DNA from: Escherichia coli
GTDB lineage: Bacteria; Pseudomonadota; Gammaproteobacteria; Enterobacterales; Enterobacteriaceae
Strand: one strand, 5' to 3'
DNA: 64,000 nucleotides
NCBI RefSeq assembly: GCF_003018255.1
Contig: NZ_CP027440.1
The notes beneath the pieces are model-generated. The model searched no databases and was not told where the DNA came from. It saw only the letters and a list, made by a program, of their open reading frames with translations. The position numbers were made by a program, and so were the translations under genes. Of the stretch, positions 27,534 to 36,922 are shown piece by piece; within the stretch, counting starts at the first letter, position 1, and each line of letters starts with the position of its first letter.

Positions 27534-28106
27534 TCAGGGGGATTCATTGATCTTATTTGCCGGAAATTTTCTATAAATGGTAGAAACGCCTACATCAAAA
27601 ATCAGTGCAATACGCTGTCTTGATTCTCCGGCCTCGAGTAAACGCCCAATCTGTGCCCACTGTTCGGTGGTCAACTTAGGACGGCGTCCACCTACTCTGC
27701 CTTTGGCACGAGCTGCAGCCAGCCCTGCCCTGGTACGTTCAACTATCAGTTCGCGTTCCATTTCAGCCAGGGCACCCATGACATGAAAAAAGAAACGGCC
27801 CATTGGGGTACTGGTATCAATACTGTCAGTCAGGCTTCTGAAATTCACACCACGCTGGCGCAACTCTTCTATCAGCGTAACAAGATGCCGCATACTGCGC
27901 CCCAACCTGTCCAGCTTCCAGACAACCAGCGTGTCTCCTGCCGATAGTGTCCTGAGTAGTTTTTTCAGCCCCGGTCTGTCGGACTTAGTGCCACTGATTT
28001 TGTCCTCAAAAATCCGCTCACATCCCGCGCAGTTCAGTGCATTACGTTGCAAATCGGTGTTCTGGTCATTTGTTGACACGCGTACATAGCCAATAAGCAT
28101 GATCAT
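27534..28106 (-). CDS. Serine-recombinase DNA invertase (Hin/Gin/Pin family)
   Basis: N-terminal GYVRVSTNDQ catalytic-serine motif and C-terminal HTH; abuts the invertible tail-fibre segment. Confidence 0.9.
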   Translation of the reverse strand: MIMLIGYVRVSTNDQNTDLQRNALNCAGCERIFEDKISGTKSDRPGLKKLLRTLSAGDTLVVWKLDRLGRSMRHLVTLIEELRQRGVNFRSLTDSIDTSTPMGRFFFHVMGALAEMERELIVERTRAGLAAARAKGRVGGRRPKLTTEQWAQIGRLLEAGESRQRIALIFDVGVSTIYRKFPANKINESP

Positions 28107-28127
28107 CCCCCTGAATAAAAACCGGAG

Positions 28128-28664
28128 ATGATGCCAGTTAGCTGTTACCTCTGCATTTTCTTAAACGTTGGTTTGGGAGAAGGTTCAGCATTACCTGTTG
28201 GTGCGCCTGTTCCGTGGCCTTCAGAGACACCTCCAACAGGCTGGCTGAAATGCAACGGGGCGGCTTTTTCTGCTGAAGAATACCCGGAACTGGCAAAGGC
28301 TTACCCGACAAATAAATTGCCTGATTTACGAGGTGAATTTATTCGTGGCTGGGATGATGAACGTGGTGTGGATAGTGGGCGAACTCTGCTTTCAGCGCAA
28401 GGAGATGCTATTCGAAACATTACTGGCGGTTTTGGTCAGTTGCGCGTAAACAGCGAAATTAATGCAATTGTCGATGTTCAAAGTGTGAGTGGGGCTTTTT
28501 ACGGAGGTACCTCAGTCCGGAATAACATCAATGTGTCTATGACATACGCTAATGACCGAAAAATCCGACAAGATGTTCACTTCTCGGCGGCAAATGTTGT
28601 TCCAACAGCAAATGAAAATCGTCCACGTAACATCGCCTTTAATTATATTGTGAGGGCCGCATGA
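28128..28664 (+). CDS. Alternative tail-fibre C-terminal module (silent in this orientation; fused to H after inversion)
   Basis: No independent start is needed; its frame passes through the crossover site coding FLNVGLGEGS, matching LTYLGLGEAA in H. Confidence 0.65.
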   Translation: MMPVSCYLCIFLNVGLGEGSALPVGAPVPWPSETPPTGWLKCNGAAFSAEEYPELAKAYPTNKLPDLRGEFIRGWDDERGVDSGRTLLSAQGDAIRNITGGFGQLRVNSEINAIVDVQSVSGAFYGGTSVRNNINVSMTYANDRKIRQDVHFSAANVVPTANENRPRNIAFNYIVRAA

Positions 28665-29265
28665 TGAATAAAGCTGTATTAAATAGCAAACTCATTGCCA
28701 TAAAAGCGGGAGACATTATCATTTATAATTATGATGGTGAAACGCGGGAATATATTTCTACATCAACTGAATATCTCGCTGTCGGCGTCGGTATCCGGCA
28801 TGTTCTTGTTTGGATGCACCAGGTACACATAAAGCTGGTTATGCAATTTGTCGTTCTGTAGATTTAAACTCATGGGAATATGTGCCAGACCATCGCGGTG
28901 AAGTTGTCTATAACACCGAAACGGGAGAATCAAAAGAAATCACAGCTCCGGGTGATTACCCTGAAAATACAACCACTATCGCCCCATTAACGCCATACGA
29001 TAAATGGGATGGCGAGAAATGGGTGACGGATACCGAGGCACAGCATAGCGCCGCAGTAGATGCAGCGGAAGCACAGCGCCAGTCGCTGATTGATACTGCA
29101 ATGGCTTCCATCAGTCTGATTCAACTGAAATTGCATGCCGGACGTAAACTGACGCAGGCAGAAACAACCCGGCTTAACGCTGTGCTGGATTACATTGACA
29201 CGGTGACGGCAACAGATACCAGCACCGCGCCGGATGTCATCTGGCCTGAACTACCGGAGGCGTAG
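28661..29265 (+). pseudogene. Tail-fibre assembly (chaperone) gene paired with the alternative fibre module; split over two frames (28661..28861 and 28810..29265)
   Basis: C-terminal part ends ...VIWPELPEA like the G paralogue ...IEWPTPPVVQAR; the N-terminal 66 aa is in a different frame. Confidence 0.5.
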
Positions 29266-29680
29266 GCCATTCAATATCTGGAGCACTGGAGGTATCAACC
29301 AGTTCCAGTGCGTCCAGATAATCCAGCCATAAATTATATTGTTCCAGTTCGTCACCTTTCAGACGACCAATAGCAGCTTTGCCAGGCCACTGATGGGTGT
29401 TGATGTAGGTATTGGCTTCTGAAACCAAAGATATTTTTTTCATTTCAGCCATCAACACCTCATCCTCTTTTGAAGGCGGTGGGGAATTAATCCATATTGG
29501 CCGTCCTGAACTGTCAGCGCCAATTTCTTTCCCTTCTGGATGCAGCCCAAGAAATTGCTCATATCTTTCTCTGGTAATTTCAATAACATCATCAGGAAGC
29601 GTTCCCGCATCCTCATATTCTGGAAACAATTCTTGCAGATAAAAACTTTTACTTCCGGGTGAAAAGAATACTGAGTTCAT
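29237..29680 (-). CDS. G: Tail-fibre assembly protein (P2 gpG-like) for the currently expressed fibre
   Basis: 147 aa, directly after H. Confidence 0.85.
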   Translation of the reverse strand: MNSVFFSPGSKSFYLQELFPEYEDAGTLPDDVIEITRERYEQFLGLHPEGKEIGADSSGRPIWINSPPPSKEDEVLMAEMKKISLVSEANTYINTHQWPGKAAIGRLKGDELEQYNLWLDYLDALELVDTSSAPDIEWPTPPVVQAR

Positions 29681-29682
29681 TC

Positions 29683-31185
29683 TTACCGTCCAATGATTAA
29701 GGCTGAGACGCTGGTATCTGAAGGAAAGGCTGCATTCAGTGGTTTGTCGACTTTGAATACAATCGTATTATTCCCCCTGACAGCGGCAAAAGAACAAACC
29801 GCAGTCGCGTATGAACCTGTAATATTACTGGATACACCACCATAAGCTGTTGTTGATACCAGAGGGATAACGCCCAGCACCTTATTAGGAAATACAAAGG
29901 GCAATGTGGCTGTGGCAATATAAGACTTATTAGAACCTGTGATGGAATAAGCATTATCAGTCATTCCATTCATCGCCACTGGGCCGCTTATACTTACAGT
30001 AACCATCTGAATGATTAGCCCGTCAGGTTGACGAATCACAAAATTTCCATTGCCACCAGTAACCGTCCAGAAAGACATATCAGGGATTTGGTTTTCCCCG
30101 TTGCCCACATTCCGTTTTGCCGCTTCTCCCAAACCAAGGTATGTGAGAAGACCAGCTACATCCTTTCCACTCAAATTGGTAAGCGTATTGTCCAGCGGTT
30201 GTTTACCTGCCAGCGCATTAAGCATTGTCGTGGCAAAGTTCGGATCATTCCCCAGTGCCGCCGCCAGTTCGTTCAGTGTATCCAGTGCAGCAGGTGCAGA
30301 ACCCACCATTCCTGCAATCGCCGATTTCACAAAAGCCGTAGTGGCAATCTGTGTATTGTTGACCGACTGCGCCGCCGTGGGGGCTGTTGGCGTTCCGGTG
30401 AGTGCCGGACTCGACAACGGTGCTTTTAGTGCCAGCGCATTGTTAATGGTGGTACTGAAATTCGGATCATTGTTAATGGCTGCGGCTATTTCTTTCAGCG
30501 TGTCCAGCGTGGCTGGCGCACCATTAATAAGGGCCGTCAGTGCCGCCTGTACAAACGCAGTGGTCGCAACCTGCGTGGTATTATTCCCCGCCGCTGGCGT
30601 TGGCGCTTTGGGGGTTCCGGTAAATGTCGGGCTGGCTTTTGGCGCGTACTGTGAATGCGGGTCCGGTGCGGCAAGATGTTTTGCCATCTGATCATCCGCG
30701 TACACCTTCAGCTCCAGTGCCTTGTCATCCACATACTTGCGGGTTGCCAGCACTACAGCAGGGTCGATTTTCAGGGTGATATTGTCCGTGCTGCTGGTAA
30801 TCAGCACCATGCGCACGGTCTGAGTGCGCCCGCTACCTTCAGCCAGTTGCGGCTTATAGCTTTCCGGGCAGTTGCCCACGGCAATCAATGCCCCGGACTC
30901 ATCAAACAAGCCCACTTCACGTATCCACCAACCGCCCTCGTTTTCAGGGATCACCTGTTCGGCAATAATCTGGCTGCTGTTCTGCGGGTCGATATAAAGC
31001 ATATTCAGCGCAGCCCGGCGTTTCTCATTTACCAGTGCCGTCTGCTTTGCGTCCGGCGTTGGCAATACTCCACCGCCATCGCCCACCGCCATATGGGTAA
31101 TTTTTAGCGGCACACCGAGCGCGGCGGCGCTGGCAAGTTTCGCCGCGCCAATATCCGTCAGCAGGGTATAAAATTTTGTGCTCAT
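29683..31185 (-). CDS. H: Tail fibre protein (P2 gpH-like, 500 aa); N-terminal ~349 aa constant, C-terminal part inside the invertible segment
   Basis: Conserved N-terminus MSTKFYTLLTDIGAAKLA...; internal ~73-aa tandem repeat; crossover site within the ORF. Confidence 0.9.
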   Translation of the reverse strand: MSTKFYTLLTDIGAAKLASAAALGVPLKITHMAVGDGGGVLPTPDAKQTALVNEKRRAALNMLYIDPQNSSQIIAEQVIPENEGGWWIREVGLFDESGALIAVGNCPESYKPQLAEGSGRTQTVRMVLITSSTDNITLKIDPAVVLATRKYVDDKALELKVYADDQMAKHLAAPDPHSQYAPKASPTFTGTPKAPTPAAGNNTTQVATTAFVQAALTALINGAPATLDTLKEIAAAINNDPNFSTTINNALALKAPLSSPALTGTPTAPTAAQSVNNTQIATTAFVKSAIAGMVGSAPAALDTLNELAAALGNDPNFATTMLNALAGKQPLDNTLTNLSGKDVAGLLTYLGLGEAAKRNVGNGENQIPDMSFWTVTGGNGNFVIRQPDGLIIQMVTVSISGPVAMNGMTDNAYSITGSNKSYIATATLPFVFPNKVLGVIPLVSTTAYGGVSSNITGSYATAVCSFAAVRGNNTIVFKVDKPLNAAFPSDTSVSALIIGR

Positions 31186-31787
31186 GGATTCACTCTCATT
31201 GTGTCAATAACATGGACCGCCCCGCCTTCATGCGCGGTGCCACCGGAAATAATCGTTTCGTTGATATACGGATAGATCGTGATTTCTTCGCCAAGATAGC
31301 TGGCGGCTCCCACCCAATGCGGGCCGCTGGTCTGCAGATTGATGGACATGCCGATCATGTGGCGGCTACATGGTTTGGCATCGCTTATCAGTCGCTCAAG
31401 TTCCAGATAGGTATCTTCAGTGATGCCCTGGTCCTGCACGCCGATATCCAGGCGAAACGTGCCCGGTGTTTCTCCGGTCTGCCACCACTCAATAATGCGG
31501 ATCAGGAATCCGAACGGTTCCACCGCCCGCCGCACGGCACTGGTGGTTCCTTTATGCTGATGAATATAAAAAGCATCCTTCACTACCTGGCGTTTGACGC
31601 TTTCTGTCCAGCCCTCGTCCCAGCGATCCACAGAGAACGCCCAGGCGAGATAAGGCAGGAAGCTGACCGGACAGGTAGCCGGATTCCACAAGTCACGCAG
31701 CGGCACCTGCAAATCAGAAATCCCGCTACAGGTTTGCGCCAGTCGGCGCTCCAGTGAAGTTGAACCCGGTGGCAGCAGACTATTCAT
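31182..31787 (-). CDS. I: Baseplate/tail protein I
   Basis: P2 order and size. Confidence 0.8.
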   Translation of the reverse strand: MNSLLPPGSTSLERRLAQTCSGISDLQVPLRDLWNPATCPVSFLPYLAWAFSVDRWDEGWTESVKRQVVKDAFYIHQHKGTTSAVRRAVEPFGFLIRIIEWWQTGETPGTFRLDIGVQDQGITEDTYLELERLISDAKPCSRHMIGMSINLQTSGPHWVGAASYLGEEITIYPYINETIISGGTAHEGGAVHVIDTMRVNP

Positions 31788-32688
31788 CCGTTCCTCCGTT
31801 GGTTACGCTCCACTGCGTACATGATGCCGCCTGTGTTTTGTTCAGGACCACATCCGCCAGCGGAGAAGCCAGTTCCACACGTTGAACACCCTCAACATGC
31901 AGAGCAGCAAAGATGGCGCTACGGCGAATATCCCGACCAAGCCTCGTCTGGCTGGCAATGTACTTCTGCAGACTGGCTTTTGCCGCTGCCATTACCGGCT
32001 CTGCTTCCGGTCCCGGATAGAGAAAAATGGTGGCTTCCACGCGATACGGGATGATTTCTGCGCTGCGAACCGTAAGACGGTCAGCCACCGGGCGGACGTT
32101 CTCACTGTTCAGAGCTTTTTCCACCACGTCCAGCAGGTCTTTTTCTGCAGTTCCATCGCCTTCGCGGCTAAGGACAGTCAGCACCACCTCTGCAGGTGCC
32201 GGGCTGGTTGCACTGGCATCCGCCACCCGACCGTCGGCGCTTCGGGCATGAAATTCATAAGCTGCAGTTGGCCCCGCAACAGAAAGCCCTTCAAAGGCTG
32301 CAGGCACACGCAGGCGCAACGCTTCATCGCTTTCCATCACAGCTGCAACGGGCGGCACAGCATCATTATCAGCAGGCGTCACCGTCAGGCGTGTCACGTT
32401 GTAGTTGGCAGCGAGCTGGTCAAGATCGCCGCCCATCGCGTAAGCCACCATCACCGCCTGCGCGGCTTCGTTAATGCGCTGGCGCAGAAGCAACTCACGG
32501 TAAGCGTTCTCCTGCAACAATTTAGTGGCGGGTTCAGATTCCAGTTCCAGCGTGCGGATCACTGCTTCCTGCTCATCTTTCGGATGAAGCGCCACAAATT
32601 CTGCCTTGCGTTCGGCAAGCAGCGTCTCAAAGTCCGGCACATCCACAATCTGCGGTGCAGGCAACTGCGAAAGGTCAATCACTGCCAT
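31780..32688 (-). CDS. J: Baseplate protein J
   Basis: ORF 31780..32727; start set to MAVIDLSQL... Confidence 0.85.
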   Translation of the reverse strand: MAVIDLSQLPAPQIVDVPDFETLLAERKAEFVALHPKDEQEAVIRTLELESEPATKLLQENAYRELLLRQRINEAAQAVMVAYAMGGDLDQLAANYNVTRLTVTPADNDAVPPVAAVMESDEALRLRVPAAFEGLSVAGPTAAYEFHARSADGRVADASATSPAPAEVVLTVLSREGDGTAEKDLLDVVEKALNSENVRPVADRLTVRSAEIIPYRVEATIFLYPGPEAEPVMAAAKASLQKYIASQTRLGRDIRRSAIFAALHVEGVQRVELASPLADVVLNKTQAASCTQWSVTNGGTDE

Positions 32689-33034
32689 TCTCTGCTCCTG
32701 TTGATACGGAAAGGGACACAGGCACACCGTTATTCCGCCGCCCGGTCAGCTCCACCACCATTGAACCGTCAAAATTGCTGTTGATGGTGATGGAATCCAG
32801 CGTCAACCGTGGCTCCCAGCGACTCAGCGCCACATACACTGCAGACATGACCTGCAGGCGTAATGCCGGATTTTGTGGCTGATCTATCAGTGCCGACAGC
32901 AGGGAACCATATTCCCGGCGGGCAATACGGCTACCCTGCGGTGTCAGCAGAATGTCCCGCACCGACTGGCGCAGATGATCAATATCAGTAATGACTTTGC
33001 CGCTGGTATTGTTCATCCCGCTATAAAGCGTCAT
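32675..33034 (-). CDS. W: Baseplate protein W (GPW/gp25 family)
   Basis: Size and order. Confidence 0.85.
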   Translation of the reverse strand: MTLYSGMNNTSGKVITDIDHLRQSVRDILLTPQGSRIARREYGSLLSALIDQPQNPALRLQVMSAVYVALSRWEPRLTLDSITINSNFDGSMVVELTGRRNNGVPVSLSVSTGAENGSD

Positions 33035-33609
33035 ACCGGGCCTCCGGTTGTATCGCCGCCTTTCAGGACGCCAGTATGCTGATGCGCATCAACCACGATC
33101 CCGTTAGAACTCATCGCTCCGCCGCCCTGGGTAACGCCACCATTGATCACCACTTCGCTGTTAATGCGCGTGCGGTCAGCCTCCAGTACAAACTCACTGG
33201 TTTTCATGGTGATGTTGTCAGCAGCCTCAATGACCATTGATTTGATGCCCCTGACATACCAGCGCCCGGTGGCGGGTTCGTATTCAAACCAGCCACCGTC
33301 AGGATGTTCTGTCACGCAGGCGTCCGCCGACGTCGACGGTGGTGCGAACTGATTCGAATAGACAGCGGGCAGCGCAAAGGCGGTTTCCAGATTGCCGCCC
33401 AGACTCAGCAGCACCACCTGCTCACCTTCCGATGGTCGCCACCATGTACGGGCATTCCCGGCACGCAGCGTCAGCCAGCTGATCCAGTTGGTTTCAAGCT
33501 CGCCCGTTTTCACCCGGCAAAGCCAGTTTTCCCTGTCCACTTCGGTGACTACCCCTGTGCGGATCAGGTTGGTGATAAGGCGCATGATTTCGGTTAATTG
33601 TGCGTTCAT
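33031..33609 (-). CDS. V: Baseplate spike/assembly protein V
   Basis: Size and order. Confidence 0.85.
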   Translation of the reverse strand: MNAQLTEIMRLITNLIRTGVVTEVDRENWLCRVKTGELETNWISWLTLRAGNARTWWRPSEGEQVVLLSLGGNLETAFALPAVYSNQFAPPSTSADACVTEHPDGGWFEYEPATGRWYVRGIKSMVIEAADNITMKTSEFVLEADRTRINSEVVINGGVTQGGGAMSSNGIVVDAHQHTGVLKGGDTTGGPV

Positions 33610-33677
33610 AGGGAAAGGTTGCCATCAGGGGAAGAAAGGCGGCAGTGCTGCAACTTGTATCAGTGCTGATACAAAGA

Positions 33678-34124
33678 TCACCCCGCCAGCCATTGCAGAA
33701 TCATGTCGCGGGTCATTGCCTCAACATCATCATTTACACCCAGCAGGCGGCGCTCTGCGTAACGGACCTCCGGTCCTTTGCGACTGACGCGATCACGCAG
33801 GCCGTAATGGTGAACACGGGCAATACGCTGCACCTTGCCTTCAAACTGTACGCTGGCAGAGTCGGCGCTGGCGGCAGTTTTCAGGTATTTTGTGGTGCGC
33901 AACTTTGCAAACATCTGACGTTTGATGCGGCCTTTTTTGCTGCGTGCTGTTACCCTGCGCGGTTCATAACTGCTGCCATCTGGATTGCGCTGCATCCTGA
34001 TATTCTGCTGCTGTGTCCGGCGCAGTTCCTGCGCCAGCTGGCGCATCATGCGGCTTCTCGTGGCTGGTTCCAGATTCGCCAGCAAGGCACTCAGCCAGTC
34101 GTCCACCTTCTGCAGTTCAGCCAC
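33678..34124 (-). CDS. S: Tail completion protein S
   Basis: Size and order. Confidence 0.8.
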   Translation of the reverse strand: MAELQKVDDWLSALLANLEPATRSRMMRQLAQELRRTQQQNIRMQRNPDGSSYEPRRVTARSKKGRIKRQMFAKLRTTKYLKTAASADSASVQFEGKVQRIARVHHYGLRDRVSRKGPEVRYAERRLLGVNDDVEAMTRDMILQWLAG

Positions 34125-34569
34125 GTTTCACCGTCCACATTTCTTCAGGTTCATCGGGTTCTGCTACAGCTTCAACGCTCGACACACTGCCGTCAGTACT
34201 GACCAGCACACGTTCCGTCAATTGCAGGTTAAGGCTGATATCACAGACATCGTTGCGCAAAATATCCACCTCAAAGGTGAATAGCTTTTCCCGTAACGCC
34301 GGGTTATTGATGGCATCGGGCTGGTTATCCCGAAGCCACAGTAAAACCGGGGCCATCAGCAGATTCTGGTCGCCGCTGAAATCCTCAATCACCACGTTCA
34401 GGGTGTAGCGGTACTCCCATGACATGGAGCTGGCCCCCGTGGCAACCAGCGAACCGTTATCCACAAACAGATGCAGTTTGTCCGGGTTATTGCGGACATA
34501 AGGCACCGCTTTATTGAGGGCGTGGCGCAGGGATTGTGGTTTGTTCACTGTTTCGCTCCTGACACGCAA
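34117..34569 (-). CDS. R: Tail completion protein R
   Basis: Size and order. Confidence 0.8.
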   Translation of the reverse strand: MRVRSETVNKPQSLRHALNKAVPYVRNNPDKLHLFVDNGSLVATGASSMSWEYRYTLNVVIEDFSGDQNLLMAPVLLWLRDNQPDAINNPALREKLFTFEVDILRNDVCDISLNLQLTERVLVSTDGSVSSVEAVAEPDEPEEMWTVKRG

Positions 34570-34801
34570 TAATCATGTCCACTTTGTCTGCACAGACCGC
34601 CCAGGCGGCCTCCGTTTCATCCAGCAACGCGTTCAGGCCACCGTTAGTGCGCGGCGCTGCCTGATCCAGCCGACACGGCGTCACTCGCGGACAACCACTG
34701 ACGGTAAGCTGCACCTCCGGTGAGTGTGGGGCGTTCCCGCAGCCGGATAATGTCAGCAGGCAAAGGAGTATCAGCCCAGCGGCGTAAATCCTCGTTCTCA
34801 C
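34511..34801 (-). CDS. lysC: Outer-membrane spanin lipoprotein (Rz1/LysC-like), embedded out of frame in lysB
   Basis: Lipobox LTLSGC after a signal peptide; Pro-rich; overlaps the 3' part of lysB as in P2. Confidence 0.55.
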   Translation of the reverse strand: MRTRIYAAGLILLCLLTLSGCGNAPHSPEVQLTVSGCPRVTPCRLDQAAPRTNGGLNALLDETEAAWAVCADKVDMIIACQERNSEQTTIPAPRPQ

Positions 34802-35072
34802 GTTTCAGTTCCTCAATCCGGTGTTGTCGTTGTCTCAGCAGTACACTGGTCTGTTCTGCTTCGGCATAGAGCCGCGCCTGCTCCCGATTATTGGTTTCAG
34901 TCAGAATGGACAGGCTGATAAGCTGGCTGTTGCTCTTTGCCAGTGCCTGGCTTTTGCTCCGAAGCTCGTCTGCCTGCGTGCTGATGGTCTGGCTGGCATC
35001 AGCCAGCCGCCACGTCTGCCAGCCCAGCGCCGCCAGTAATAACGCCAGCACAACCAGCAGCAACCGGTTCAT
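34644..35072 (-). CDS. lysB: Inner-membrane spanin (Rz/LysB-like)
   Basis: N-terminal TM plus coiled-coil; position in the lysis cassette. Confidence 0.75.
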   Translation of the reverse strand: MNRLLLVVLALLLAALGWQTWRLADASQTISTQADELRSKSQALAKSNSQLISLSILTETNNREQARLYAEAEQTSVLLRQRQHRIEELKRENEDLRRWADTPLPADIIRLRERPTLTGGAAYRQWLSASDAVSAGSGSAAH

Positions 35073-35446
35073 GCTGCTACCTGTTGCGCAATCTGATTAC
35101 GGATCATCCAGAAGGCAATAACGGTCAGCAGATAAAAGACCAGGGTAATAGCCCACCCCGTCCAGGCGAGGCTGACGACAATCAGCAATCGCATCACCCA
35201 GCTGATAAATACGTTTTCTTTTCGGGTAATGGTCTTTAGCAAAGATGCCCTCAACTCCTGCCAGAGCGGGCCGTTCTTAATTAACGCAGCCAGTGCTACC
35301 GGAATTACCGCCCATGTCAGCAAACAGGCTACCCAGACACCGGACGCTGCCAGTACCGGAAAAATCCCCTGCGGATACACCATTGCTGCGATCAACAGCG
35401 CCATCCATAACATCAGAAACAGCCCGCTGATTACTTTCTTTTTCAT
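35069..35446 (-). CDS. lysA: Lysis-timing membrane protein LysA-like (125 aa)
   Basis: ORF 35069..35518; start set to MKKKVISGLFLML..., placing the ATG right after the endolysin stop. Confidence 0.65.
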   Translation of the reverse strand: MKKKVISGLFLMLWMALLIAAMVYPQGIFPVLAASGVWVACLLTWAVIPVALAALIKNGPLWQELRASLLKTITRKENVFISWVMRLLIVVSLAWTGWAITLVFYLLTVIAFWMIRNQIAQQVAA

Positions 35447-35447
35447 T

Positions 35448-35960
35448 TCAGTTTGCTCCCTGTAAGCACCAGGCCATCTCCCGCGCACGGCGGTTATCCA
35501 GCCCCTGATTAAAAACACCTTTCACATAAACCCAGCGCGGCAACTGTCGGCACGCATCCGCCCAGCGCCGCTGATTGAGTAATTTCACCAGTGTGGAACT
35601 GCAGGCATTGCCCGTTCCCACGTTGAAGGCAAACGACACCGCAGCGTCATACACCTTCTGCGGCGGCTGTTGCTTCACACACCTTTCCAGCGCCCGCTCC
35701 ACACGCAGCACGTTGGAGATCAGCCCTTCTGCTGCCTGTCGCTCCGTAATGGTTTTGCCGGGAATGACGCCCGACGTATTACCAATGCCGTCGGTCCAGA
35801 CACCCGCGCTGCACTGATACGGCTGCAGACGACAACCTTCGTAATCGGCAATCAGTTTCAGCCCTTCCACTGAGGTGTGAAGCTGCTGAAAACCCGGCAG
35901 CGTGGCAGCAATAGCCAGCACGGCCCCGACAAGGCAGCGTTTAACGATTGATGGATTCAT
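35448..35960 (-). CDS. K: Endolysin: lysozyme with N-terminal signal-anchor-release-like segment
   Basis: Hydrophobic N-terminus followed by a lysozyme-like core; position after the holin. Confidence 0.8.
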   Translation of the reverse strand: MNPSIVKRCLVGAVLAIAATLPGFQQLHTSVEGLKLIADYEGCRLQPYQCSAGVWTDGIGNTSGVIPGKTITERQAAEGLISNVLRVERALERCVKQQPPQKVYDAAVSFAFNVGTGNACSSTLVKLLNQRRWADACRQLPRWVYVKGVFNQGLDNRRAREMAWCLQGAN

Positions 35961-36156
35961 AGTCCTCCCGCGAGATCTGCCCGTCGCGCAGAAGCTGGTA
36001 GGCTTTGTGTTTGTAGTACCAGTTGATAGCCAGCATCAGCACACCAATCATCAGGCCGCCCAGCGTTGAGGCATCCTTGATGGACAAATCGCCCAGCCAG
36101 GCCAGCACGACGGCGATGCAATACGTGATAAAGGCGCTGATTCGCTCAAGCGTCAT
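35941..36156 (-). CDS. Y: Holin (71 aa)
   Basis: Two hydrophobic segments and a charged C-terminus, preceding the endolysin. Confidence 0.75.
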   Translation of the reverse strand: MTLERISAFITYCIAVVLAWLGDLSIKDASTLGGLMIGVLMLAINWYYKHKAYQLLRDGQISREDYESINR

Positions 36157-36159
36157 AAT

Positions 36160-36363
36160 TCAGTCCCATAGCTGGACGGTCTGCACGGTGGTGGTGGTCG
36201 GAATGTCCGGCAGCTCCACCTGCAGCCCGTGAGGTAAAAAGGGGCCGTATTCGGCAAGCCCCGGATTTGCCTTCAGTACCTGCTCCGTGACACCCTGCGT
36301 GCGCCCGTAATGACGCCAGCAAAGCGCGTCCACCGTGTCATACTGATGCGCACGCACTTTCAT
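36160..36363 (-). CDS. X: Tail protein X (67 aa)
   Basis: Size and position between L and the lysis genes. Confidence 0.8.
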   Translation of the reverse strand: MKVRAHQYDTVDALCWRHYGRTQGVTEQVLKANPGLAEYGPFLPHGLQVELPDIPTTTTVQTVQLWD

Positions 36364-36890
36364 CAGATAAGCTCCACTGTGCAGTGCGGCGCATCCTGCA
36401 CCCGGCTGATGGCCCAGCGGGCGTCACGCCACAAATCACCGCTTGCTTCCGCCAGTTCCTCGCCCCGCTTCGCACCGGATGCCGTGGCGTCATAGTCCTG
36501 GTAACGTTCGTTGAGCATGGCGCGTGCCCAGCAGTAAACCGCGTTGAAATAGTGCTGAATGCGCTCGCTTTTGCCGTCCAGCTGTTCCGCCGGAACCTCA
36601 GCCAGCGACACATATCCCAGCATCTGCTGGCGTCTGCGAAACTCATACAGCTCTGCGTTGACCTCCGAAATTGCCGACAGGGCAACCTGCTTTAAACGCG
36701 GCTGCGTCACCGTGCCGTCAGTGCGCATCACGCTGCGAAACTCCGACAGGTCCACATCAGGCCAGAACGGCGTATTTCTGATGATTTCCGCCTGTTCCGG
36801 TGCCTGTTCTGGTGCAACAAACTTCATGCTGCTTTCTCCTGAAATAGAGGGCGGTGGACGGGATTTTGATGTGGCTATGCCTTTCGCCAC
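36363..36890 (-). CDS. L: Head completion/stabilisation protein L
   Basis: Size and order. Confidence 0.8.
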   Translation of the reverse strand: MAKGIATSKSRPPPSISGESSMKFVAPEQAPEQAEIIRNTPFWPDVDLSEFRSVMRTDGTVTQPRLKQVALSAISEVNAELYEFRRRQQMLGYVSLAEVPAEQLDGKSERIQHYFNAVYCWARAMLNERYQDYDATASGAKRGEELAEASGDLWRDARWAISRVQDAPHCTVELI

Positions 36891-36922
36891 CCCGTGCCGC
36901 CCGTGCGCGGGGGCACGTTCTG

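Larger units (their letters stand above)
28170..30134. mobile_element. Invertible tail-fibre DNA segment (~1.97 kb) bounded by inverted crossover sites
   Basis: ttcttaaacgttGGTTTGGGAGAAGg at 28158..28183 and its inverted partner cCTTCTCCCAAACCaaggtatgtgagaa at ~30122..30150, both coding a GLGE peptide joint. Confidence 0.8.
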
